From: Lama guanicoe
Lineage: Eukaryota
Direction: 5' to 3'
NCBI GenBank assembly: GCA_013239625.1
Contig: MU057347.1
Location: 13,349,388-13,413,387 of the forward strand
Length of the DNA: 64,000 nucleotides
Both the position numbers and the translations under genes were made by a program. Shown piece by piece: positions 38,651 to 48,950 of the stretch (its first letter is position 1; the number at the start of each line of letters is the position of its first letter). Under the pieces are notes generated by a model. That model was not told where the DNA came from. It worked only from the letters and a program-made list of their open reading frames with translations, and did no database searches.

Positions 38651-39719
38651 TGTTGATTTAGCACGGCCATGGCCTGAATCGAAGTCAGTTTCCCAACAGT
38701 CTGCAGGACAGCAGAAGTAACCACATGGCACCACTAATAAGATACACGAATTTACCCCATTGTAAGCGTCACCCTTCAACGTCCTCAGTTTGTGCCCAGC
38801 CTTCATCTTACATCTCACGACCACCCTAGGAGGTAGCAGGGTGGGTTTCATAACTCCCATCTTACAGATAGGGAAGCTGAGATTCAGAGTGGAGAGGGGA
38901 CTTGTCTAAGGTCACACAGCTGGGGAGTGTCATACATGGTAAGGGTCCCCAGTCCAGAGCTCTGAGACATCACCTGAGGGAAGCCACGGTGGGCCTTGCT
39001 TGGTGCCTCGGTCCCCAGGGCATGGATGGGCGAGGCCCCTTCTCCCCAGGTGGGCAGAGGCCAGACGACTCTAGTCTAGACTGTGCTGCTGAGCCACCAT
39101 AACAGAGAATCTCAGAATGTGCAATGGATCAGCGAGAACTGTCAGATCTGCCTTCAAGAGGTATCTGGAACGTGCTCACCTCTCGCTGCCCCCACAGGTG
39201 TCCCCAGGGCTGGGCACCCCAACTTAAGGCGGGGGTTACAACTCACTGTTGGTGTGTTTCTGGAAGACAGCCAGAGAGCTCTGGCCATTTCCTCCTAAAA
39301 GCTCTGATGAAAGGTGAGGAGAGATGTGAGGCTTCTCTGGATTCCAGGTGCTTAAGGGCCTAAAGCAGCCATGTGCATGTTGTCCAGCTGACTCACCGGG
39401 GGCTCCCCTCAGTCCTGAGAGGACACTGTGACCCAAGGCTGGGCAAGAAGGCCTGGATTTCCAAGTACACAGCCCCTCGGGAGGGGGATGGAGGGCGGGG
39501 ACACTGGCCTAGGGGCATAGAGCAGCCAGGGTAGGGGCTTGCTTCACACATGGCCCAATGAGGCAAAATGAAATTTGGCTCAAACCATCTCCAGGCACAC
39601 AAGGCGGTAAGGGATGTCTTGTTCTGGAGCAGGCCCTTATGGTGTAATAGTCCCGAGGAGCATTTTCCGCCCAAACCCAGTGACGTACTAATGTGCTGTG
39701 AACTTGCCAGCCAGTGAGT

Positions 39720-40178
39720 CTTAAAACATCACCTTCACACCCTTCACCTCTCCTCCATTAAGAGGTGAGGTTTCAGTCCTTTCCTCTTGAACTTAGACTC
39801 TGCAAATTCAAGACAAATTCAGTAGATTATGGCAGAAATGATGCGGTGCCCGTTTCAGGACCTAAACTTTGAGAAACTGGCATCTATCACTTCCTGTTTC
39901 TTGGTATGATCATGCTTGGAGCCCAGCTACCATGCTGCGAGGCAGCCCACACCCCTCCACAGAGAGGAACTGACAGCCAGGAACAACTCTCAGGGCTGGG
40001 CTGTGTGAGGGAGCCTCAGCCGAGGGGCCCCAGCGGACGCCAGGGGCGGAGTAGAAATGCCCCAGCCCCACCCATCCCTGCACATGTTGCAGATTCAGGA
40101 AGGAATGAATGACTGATCTTGTTTTAAGCCACTCATCTTTGGGGATGGCTTGTTATGTGACAGCAAGTGACCAGAACA
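39720..40178 (+). mobile_element. MLT1H-like MaLR LTR
   Basis: tatggcagaaatgatg...gagaaactggca...cttcctgtttcttgg...ttgttttaagccact...accagaaca. Confidence 0.75.
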
Positions 40179-40865
40179 CCTTCCCAACTTGGAAGGCATT
40201 CCCTGCATCTCACAAGGACCCCAAATCCAGATATAGGACTTTAAGAACAACAGAGAGGACTGGTTATTTGAAGACAGGCTATTAAGTCAGAAGACTTCAT
40301 CTGCTGACTTTCCCCCACCCCTCTCCAGTCTCTTCAACTAGAATAGCTAAGAACAGTCTTGGACTCTTCCCTACGTGAGACAGAATCCTCTACTAACCAA
40401 ACACACTCCAGGAATGAAGGTGGCAAACGTGGCAAAGATGTTTTCCTTTAATTTAGGATTTTAGATATTTTTCATGGAGCATGGAATTATCTGGTAGCTA
40501 CAGTCCTGTTTGGAGTATCAGAGGAAATAAGGCCACTGTATAGGAAAGCACCAAAAACCTCTCTTCTGCTCCTCTCTTCTCATGATTATGCAGGGCTACC
40601 ATGGAGATGGAGCTCAGAAGAGGTGGGAGAAGTTCAGCCTCTGAAAGCTTCACCAACGCCTCTCTCTCTCTAGGACTTGGACTGGCTCCATGGAAGTAGG
40701 TTTGCCTGCTTTTCATGGAACTGAGTTTGTCACGTGGTTTTAAAAGTCTCTAAAACTCCATCTGCCAAACCCTCTCTTATCTGAAGATGGCTAGAACTCC
40801 CCAAAGAGCCACAGCGACAGGACAAAGCCCAGGGAGTGCGAGCCGAGCGGTCCTGCCAACAGCAG

Positions 40866-40916
40866 TCAGCACCCGCCCCGGAGCGGACAGCGCCCCAAAA
40901 TCTCTCGTCAGCACCA
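40866..40916 (+). promoter_or_regulatory. Non-canonical REST/RE1 half-site cluster
   Basis: TCAGCACC (40866-73), GGACAGCGCC (40885-94), TCAGCACC (40908-15). Confidence 0.5.
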
Positions 40917-40959
40917 TTAGGGAAAATCCTCAGGAACCCGCTGAAGGTGACTGGATACA

Positions 40960-41352
40960 AACTGTGGTCTCTACGAAGAATGAAATACTACTCAGCAATA
41001 AAAACGAATGAAGTACTGACAAGGCTACACCACGGACGAACCTCCAAACATTATGCCAAGTGAAAGAAGCCAGACACAAAGGCCGCACAACATAGGATCC
41101 CATTTCCATGACACGTCCACCAGAGGCAAATCCACAGAGACAAAGAGCAGATGAGTGGCTGTCTGGGCCTGTGGGTGGAGGAGGGGAGCGAGCGCATGGA
41201 GGCGTCAGGTTTTTTGGGAAATGTTCTGAAACTGGATTAGAGCGATGGCTGCACAGCTTCGTAAATTTACTAAAAATTATAGAATCGTACATTTAAAATG
41301 AAAGAATGTTACGGTATATAAATTATTCCCCCAGTAAAGCCATTTTAAAAAA
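40960..41352 (+). mobile_element. L1MB-like 3' end
   Basis: aatgaaatactactcagcaataaaa...aagtgaaagaagccagacacaaagg...ggcaaatccacagagaca. Confidence 0.9.
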
Positions 41353-41673
41353 GAACCCAGGGAAGTCAGAAGGAGGAGACAGGGCGGGGGCCTGGGAGTT
41401 TTTCAGGCCTCGTGGCGCACAGAAGATAAATGGGTGGGTACTGGTTAGAAGGGGTGGAAACCGTAATTTTCTTAGTCACCTAAGTGGGGAAATCGTGGAG
41501 CAGAAGGCCTTTGACTTTCTACTAGTTAAAAAGAGGTGTCATGAGGGATAAAAACTGAGACTCATAACAATAACTGCTAACACTCATTAAGTGCTTATCC
41601 ACGCCAGGTGCTATGCAAAGCACCTTCCATGTATCAACTCTTTGCTCCTCCCAGCAGCCCTACGAAGAGGCGC

Positions 41674-42192
41674 TGGGTGACAGTTCTCCATGGGTCCCTC
41701 AATGTCTGCCTGTCTTCTGAGCAAGAGACACTGAGAGCTCTGTTCTGGACAATCTTCTCAAGGGTGTCTGTATAGCAAACAGCCTTGGAAGACAAAAACA
41801 GCATCTCCCTCTGGGGCAGAGAGCAGAGTTGTTTCTCAACCAATGTAATCAAGATAATGTCTCCCTTCAGGGCAGAAGCGGGGCAGGTTTGCCAGTAGCC
41901 CTCTTATAAGACTGGGGGTTTCCTAAGCTTGGGGATCCTCAGTTGTGACAAGCCCAGGTGGCATAGATAGCATCCACCTGGTTGGCCCTGCAGCGCCCCC
42001 GTGGAACTTGGGGGCAGAGAGAGTTGTTGCGAGTGTGACGCTCATGCCACCTGCTGTGCTGTGAGTAATAAAACCCTTCGTCTCTGACCCAAGGTTCTCT
42101 AGTCTTCTGCCAGCCTCCATGAAACTGTGGCAGGCTCACCTGGCAGGTTGCAAGCAAAGTGAAATCTCAGGCGCTCCACACTTCCTGATACC
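41674..42192 (+). mobile_element. Solo ERV LTR (family not assigned) nested in a MIR
   Basis: TATA-like cttataag, then AATAAA at ~42067 followed by gtctctgacccaagg...gaaactgtggcaggct; MIR halves at ~41570-41670 and ~42195-42310. Confidence 0.75.
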
Positions 42193-42589
42193 TGGCACTG
42201 ACATCACCCCCATTTTACAGATGAGGACTCTGAGACCCAGAGGAGTGAAGCTTTATGTTCAAGGTCACACAGCTAGCAAGTGACCGCACTGGGACTGAAA
42301 CCCAGACAGATTGGATAAGGCAGGAGATCTCAGCAGGGGATTGGCGAAGGTAACACCTGGGAGTGACAGGAGCTGCAGGCTCTGAAGATATACAGAAGGT
42401 CGTGCCTCTCAGTCTCCCAACCCCACACACCCCCAGATGCTGCCTGTCCCCACATCCGGCTGCTGGGGCTGAGCAGCCAATTTGGGACGTCCGCGATATA
42501 TTTAACGGTGAGTCACGCTCTCCCCCAGCAATCAGCAGTGGCAGGCTCAGGAGGATGCAGGGAGCATCTCTGGGAATCCATGCCTGAGG

Positions 42590-42603
42590 GTCGCCATGGC
42601 AAC
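42590..42603. promoter_or_regulatory. RFX X-box motif
   Basis: GTCGCCATGGCAAC, one mismatch from GTTGCCATGGCAAC. Confidence 0.5.
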
Positions 42604-43524
42604 CCCACCCGACTTGCTTGCCAGCAGCTGGGATGCCAGTGCCTGAATCAAGGCAGAAAATAGTCTCATAGGCCAAGGATGAAAGCAGGCCGGCCACGTG
42701 CCATCACCAGTGGGTTCACCAGGGGTTGCTGCAGGGGTCCTGAGGACTTGGTGATCAGGAAACCTCATGGGCGTGCTGCTGAGCTTGGAGTCCCACCACG
42801 GAGGCCTGGTGTCCCTGGCCTGCTGGGATGGGGGATGAACACCATCTCCTCCTGCCTTGGTTCTTCTTGGTTTTCCTGCCTCTCTCATACATACCCACCC
42901 TCAGGAAGACTCATCTCCATCTGAGGCCTCTAAGTGCCATTACAACAGCTAGAGACTGATGGCAATGTAAAGTGGGGATGGTAACCACAAGCCAGTATCT
43001 TCCCAGATAATTCTGAAGACTTCAGAACCTAAGACAAAGCAGCCACACCCACACTCCCACACCAAATATGAATATTCCAGTAAAAGCAGTATGGAATTCA
43101 TTCATTGATTCATTCATCAATTTGTCGTCTTAATTGTTCATTCTCAATTAAAGTCACGTTCCTACAGGCCCTGTGTAGACATGGACCTGGTCATTTATCC
43201 CCATCTCCTTCTTCTCTCCCCCTTTCTTACTCCACTCTAGCCCACCAGCCTGAGTGCTGTGCTTCCGACATAGCAGGCCCTTTCCTGCCTTAGGGCCTTT
43301 GCACTTGCTCTTCTAACTTCCTGGAAAGTTCTTCCTCCAGATAACCACAGCCTGACTCTCGCACTCCCTTTAGGTCTCTGCACAAATCTCATGTCCTCAG
43401 AGACATTATCAAGACCACCCTAGGAGAAAGCACCCAACCCAGTCTCAAGGATAAGGCCAAATATATCTATGTGACGTAAAACACAGCTTGTGACTTAGTT
43501 TCTTCTATTTGTCACAAGGAGACG

Positions 43525-43830
43525 GAAATTGAAAATTCATGGCCTGTAAATTGAATCTGGCTTTTGTTTGGCCTAAACAGTGTTTCTAAAAAATTGAATT
43601 AGTTGCTAACATTCATAAAATTTGGGGAATTTCATTTTAAAATCCCAACTTTCAATTTCTCTTGCAAAACTGGAGGATCAACCTACACATTCCTGCATCT
43701 GTAACAGCAACTGCCTGAGAGTGAGCTGCGGCCATCCCTCCAGACAAAGCATGAGAATTGTGGTCTGTCCGGGGCCCACTTGGCCCTCCTCATTCATTCA
43801 CGTGGCCACATACGGCCTCTGTGAGTCTCT
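43525..43830 (+). mobile_element. MER102-like element
   Basis: ttgtttggcct...aaaattgaattagttgctaacatt...ttctcttgcaaaactggaggatc. Confidence 0.75.
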
Positions 43831-45389
43831 GCGCTCACACTCCAGGTCTCCTCGCTGAGGTCACTAGGGTCTCTAGTTTGAGATGGAGGGAGGGAGGCAT
43901 AGCAATTGTTTTGCTTTAATCAGCTGGAACTGAGTTTCTAGACTAACCTGGGCATTCTAGGTGAAGGCACTGGGTATGCAAAGGTACGAACTTGTAGGGC
44001 AAGTTCTAGGACTGCCAATAAATAGTCTGGAGTGGGAAGAGGCCAGCCAAGTCATTTTGGACCAGATCCTGGAGGGCCTTGAATGCCATGTAAAGTCCTT
44101 CAGCTTCTCCTGAGGGCGTGGGGAGCCACAGAAGATTTTGGAGCAAGGCAAGGGCCACGGTCAGAGTCAGCACTGGTGCGGGGAAGCAGGAGTGAGAATC
44201 AGCCTCGATATCAAGTCTGGCTCAGGGTTCTCTCAGAGCCAAACCCCAGGCTGGAGTCTTCCCCTGCCCCTCAGCTCCCAGCTCCTTCCTCTGGCTTTCT
44301 GATAATAATAGTGTTTTCAGTACAGACGTTCTCTGTCCCCTGCCGGGGATCACTCAGCCACCCTTCCAAAGAGAAAACAAAAAGCAGTGTTTTTCTGTGT
44401 CTATTTTAGACCGCTGCCTACATCTTTGTTCTTCATGAGGAACACACACTCCCAGGGAGGCCCTTTTCTCAGTTGTGGCCCAGTAGCCAGGTCTGGACCA
44501 CCAGGCTGGGTTCCGTTATGGGAAAGAACCAGCACATGTGATGGAATCATGCCGGTTACTCTGGGAGCTGCCTGGGGATGGCGGTGTCATTAAGTACCAG
44601 AGATGTGGAGGTGAGGGGGAAGGAAGCTGTCACCCCAGTCCACATGCCCATCCTAGATGGACCATCTGTAACTATTCTGAGCAGCCAGGAAGAGCCCACT
44701 CTCTTTGTCTCCTGAAGATGCTCCCTAAAGTTTGGGAGTTTGTATCATATGGTACGTTTGTGCCCATTTTACTGATGGACTGAGAGAAGTAGGGACTCTA
44801 CCACACCTGGGTGGATCCAGATCATCCATTTTACAGGTGGTGATACTGAGGCCTGAAAAGGAAGCAGGTTTTGCTCAAGATAATAGAGCTGTTGGCTACA
44901 ATCTGAAAAGATGAGAATGTAAAATCTCTGAGGGCACGCAGTTTGCCTTGGTCACAACTCTATCTTCATCACATAACTTGGTACCTGGCAAATAACTGGC
45001 CCTTGACAAATATACGTTGGATGAGTAAATAACATCTCTACAGCTGTTTTCAGCTTTTACAAATAATTCTCACACACATGCCCTGATTTTAACTGTCATG
45101 ATTATCTTTCAAGCCAGGACTGGCATTTATCCTCATTTTGCAGGTGAGGAAATGGAGGTTCAGAGAGGTTTAGTTGCCTACCTGAGATTACACAGCCTGG
45201 AAGTGGCAGGCTTGAATCCATAGCATCTTACTATGGGCTGAGGATCCCTTAGAATCTTCAAGTAGAGGAAGAGACTTTGGAAACACCCAGCTCTGAGGTC
45301 AAAGCCTTGATCCACAAGGGCAGCTCTGACCTGAATTATACTACACAATCTGGGGCAGGGTAGGGAGGAGGGAGACCAAGAGAGCTGCT

Positions 45390-45975
45390 CCTCAAAATGT
45401 TAAACAGAGTTGCCATCTGACCCAGCAATTCCACTCCTAGGTATAAATCTAAGAGAACAGAAAACCTATATCCACACAAAAACTTGTACATGAATGTTCA
45501 CAGCAGCCTGTTTCATAACTGCCAAAAAGTAGGAAAAAACCCANNNNNNNNNNNNNNNNNNNNNNNNNNNNNNNNNNNNNNNNNNNNNNNNNNNNNNNNN
45601 NNNNNNNNNNNNNNNNNNNNNNNNNNNNNNNNNNNNNNNNNNNNNNNNNNNNNNNNNNNNNNNNNNNNNNNNNNNNNNNNNNNNNNNNNNNNNNNNNNNN
45701 NNNNNNNNNNNNNNNNNNNNNNNNNNNNNNNNNNNAATCCATTCAGACACAAAGCAAGTTAGTGGTTGCCAGGGGCTGAGGGGAAGTGGGGATGGGGAGT
45801 GACTGCTAATGGGTGTGGGGGTTCTTTTGGGGACGATGAAAATGCTCTAGAATCAGACTGTGGCGATGGCTGCACAACTCTGTGAATATACAAAAAAAAA
45901 TACTGAATTACATATTTTTAAATGAGTGAATTTCATGCCATGTGAATTATATCCCAACCAAATCAGTTTTTAAAA
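45390..45975 (+). mobile_element. L1MB-like 3' end interrupted by a gap
   Basis: gacccagcaattccactcctaggtat...tagtggttgccaggggctg...ggctgcacaactctgtgaatatac. Confidence 0.9.
45544..45735. other. Assembly gap (192 N)
   Basis: Run of N. Confidence 0.99.
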
Positions 45976-47732
45976 AGACCGAGAGAAGCATTTCCACAAC
46001 AACAAAGAGTTTTAGAAGGGGGAACACACAAATGAGAAAACGTCCCAGCACAGGCAGCCTCATGCTGGCTTCTTGGATGTCTCAGTAAGGATTTCAAGAC
46101 AGAATTTTAACCTGAGCCCCAACAATGCACCTGAGGGCTTGTTCCTAGAGAGTTGGGAATCTGCAGGACACCTCCTTCAGGCAACCCTTCCAGATATCCT
46201 GACCACGGATGAGAAAAGGAACCCAGCGTGATGACTGGGCAGTATTCAGTGTCCAGGTGCTCTGCTTACTGATGTCTTAATGAATTCATGCAACAGCCTT
46301 GCTGAGCGCAAGAGAGCATCACCACCTCTATTATCCAGGCAAAGAGATGGAGGCTCAGAGAAAGGAAACCACTGGCCCAAGGTCACATAGTGTGTGATGC
46401 CCTCAGCTACATCACAGTACCAGGGACTTGCCCAGATTCACTTGGGGCCACTTGCTGGGGGACCCCAGTCAAGTTCCTTGCTCTCCATGGGCCTTAGTTT
46501 CCCCATCTGTACCATAAAATCCCAGCTCCCTGTCCCCTTCACTGTCCTGGTGGGGGCTTCAGCCAGAGCATCCCCATCTGCCTCTGATATAATGATTCTC
46601 CACATTTCATCAGATTTCATTTGAACAAAGCCAACCATTTTTTCTCAGGACCCCACCCAGGGATTCTAGGCTAAATCTGTGCTGTTTTTCTTGACTCTGT
46701 CCTTCTAATGCCTGGCACTGCGGCCTCCGTAACCACTTCTCAAATAACCCTGATGTTGGGGGGTTAGGAAGAAGACAAGGTTGCTGTCTTGTGAAGCATT
46801 GGCATGATGCGAATTCACAGGTTTTCTTTCTTCAGTGCTAAATGACATACTTTTCAGGGGTTCCCCCTTTACTTTTGAAGTTCTAGATTCAGCTTTGGAG
46901 TATGCAGACCTGAGAATTTTCTACCAAAATGTACAGACAAAGCTGCAAACATACACCCTTTCCTGTCTCCAATCATCCATCTACTCACCCACCCACCCAT
47001 CTATCCATTTCCCCATTCATTCATTAATTCAACAAAAATTCATTGATGGCCTATTAATGTGCCAGGCACTGAGCTAGGCACAGTGGAAGAAAAGATAAAA
47101 CAAGGTTCTTGTCCTCATGCAGCTCACAGTCTAGTGCAGAAAGACAAGCCTTAGTAAACACACAAAATATAAACATAAATCGAAGTGAATGCCACCAAAG
47201 AAAAGTTTAGAATAATAAGGGGGACCTAATTTATATGGGGTGCATGGGAGATCTCTCTGAGGAAGTTGATATGTGAGATAAAGTCTGCAGTATGACTTAT
47301 GCTTTATCAGTGAGAAATGCTCTTGATTCAAGAAGTAGAAAATACTAACTAAAAGAGGCTCAGACAAGCAAGGGATTCATTATCCCACGTAACAAAATAT
47401 CCTGAGATAGAGTTACCCCATCATTGAGAAGCATAACAATATTATCAAGAATCCAAGTTCTCTACCATCTGTTCCACCATCCTCAGAAGACTGGCTCCCT
47501 TCTCAGGCTGTCTCACCTTCATGGACCCAAGGTAGCTGCCATTGCACTGGCCATCACAAGAAGACATGATCACACCCAAGAGCAGGAAAAAAGTCCCTCT
47601 CATCTTCCTATCATCTTCTGTGATAGAGGAAAACCTTCCCAGAAACTCCCCAGCAGATTGGATGGGTGGCATCACATATCCACACCTACACCACCACTGC
47701 CAAAAGGAATGGGGCCACCAAGATTGCCTCAA

Positions 47733-47915
47733 ACCAGCAATTTTTACCCAAGGGTAATTCTTCCCTCCATAGGACAATTTTGGTGCAATAACTGTGCACA
47801 CGCATGTGTGTCGGGGGGTGCTAATCACATCTAGTAGGTAAAGGCCAGGGATCCTGCTAAGCATCCTGTAGTGCACAAAGCCCCCACAACAGAATTATCC
47901 ACATAAAACAGCACC
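47733..47915 (+). mobile_element. MER20
   Basis: catctagtaggtaaaggccagggatcctgctaagcatcct...cccccacaac. Confidence 0.8.
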
Positions 47916-48950
47916 GAGGAGGCCGAGGAGGTCGAGGGGGCCGCCATTTTGTCAGCAACATCTGCTCAGGTCACAAAATGGCCGCCCAACCAACCAAACA
48001 AAATGGCCACCCCATGAACATGTCCTGTTTGGCCCACACAGTTCTTAAAAGAATTTATGATTTGCCTTCTTTGCCAACAATAAAAACAATTGGGACAGCT
48101 CACCTATCATTCCAAACTCTCCCCTTCTCTTAGACAATCGGAAGGCTTGGCAGCACTGCGCCCATTTTTCTGCACGGCAGCCGTTTCCTGCAGCTGGGCA
48201 GTGGCTGCCCCTTTCGTCAGGACAGGAGCCTCCATCCCAGCCCCGTGCCCTCCGGGCGCAAGCGTGAGCGGGCGAGGCCCCTGGGGACCCCCGGAGAGGT
48301 ACCCTCGCCACGTTCCGACAGAAGGGAGCGCCTCGTGACCATGGCAACACGCCGCCACGTGTAGCGCATCTTCCGTTCCAAGTGGAGAGACGGCAAGGAC
48401 GTCTCCCTTCTCGGCTCAGGCAACATCAGCTCCTGGTGCCCCCGCACCCGAGAGCCGGGGGGGGGGCGTGCTCTGTCTTCTCCAATCCGGGTCCCAAACG
48501 CAGGTGCCCCTGAACAGCCGCGTTTGTTCAACCAAGCCAGAGCTGGGGCGTGGGGAGGGGTTGATTTAGACTCTATCTTATATAAAAAGACCAGAAAATG
48601 TTTGATTAGAGATAGAGGAAGGCGTGGGTGTCCGAGACGGGGCTGTGTTTCTGGGCAAACATACACACTTCCTGAGGCCTCCCTCCCCCTGCGCCTCCTC
48701 TGGGCAGAAGCGCAGGCTCCCCTGGCAGCTCAGCGCAGCCACCTCCCGCTCGGCCATGACCCCAGCCCTTCCCCAACACCCTGGAGTCCCCAGTGCCTCC
48801 GGCCTGTTTCTAGGCTGCTTACAGAACCAGAAGGGGGAAAAAAAGGGAATGAAATGAGCGAATCATCCAGAAATAAAGAAATACCCCACGCAGTATTTCC
48901 CTTTGAAACGAGAGGCTGAAACCTGGAACAGCAGCGGAAATCGGAAGCCT
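47910..48950. promoter_or_regulatory. Intronic CpG-island-like regulatory region
   Basis: CpG-dense 48150-48540 against a CpG-poor background; X-box GTGACCATGGCAAC 48335-48348, CACGTG 48356-48361, GGGGCGTGG 48545-48553, TATATAAAAA 48579-48588, YY1-like motifs 47940-48010. Confidence 0.65.
47967..48283 (+). mobile_element. MER102-like element at the CpG island edge
   Basis: Left end caggtcacaaaatggccgccc, tgtttggcccacacag, atcggaaggcttggcagcactg, gtggctgcccctt, right end gaggcccctg. Confidence 0.6.

Noticed and set aside
47908-47928. CAGCACCGAGGAGG resembling a canonical RE1
   Set aside because: Right half is a poor match and the sequence sits at a MER20 end.
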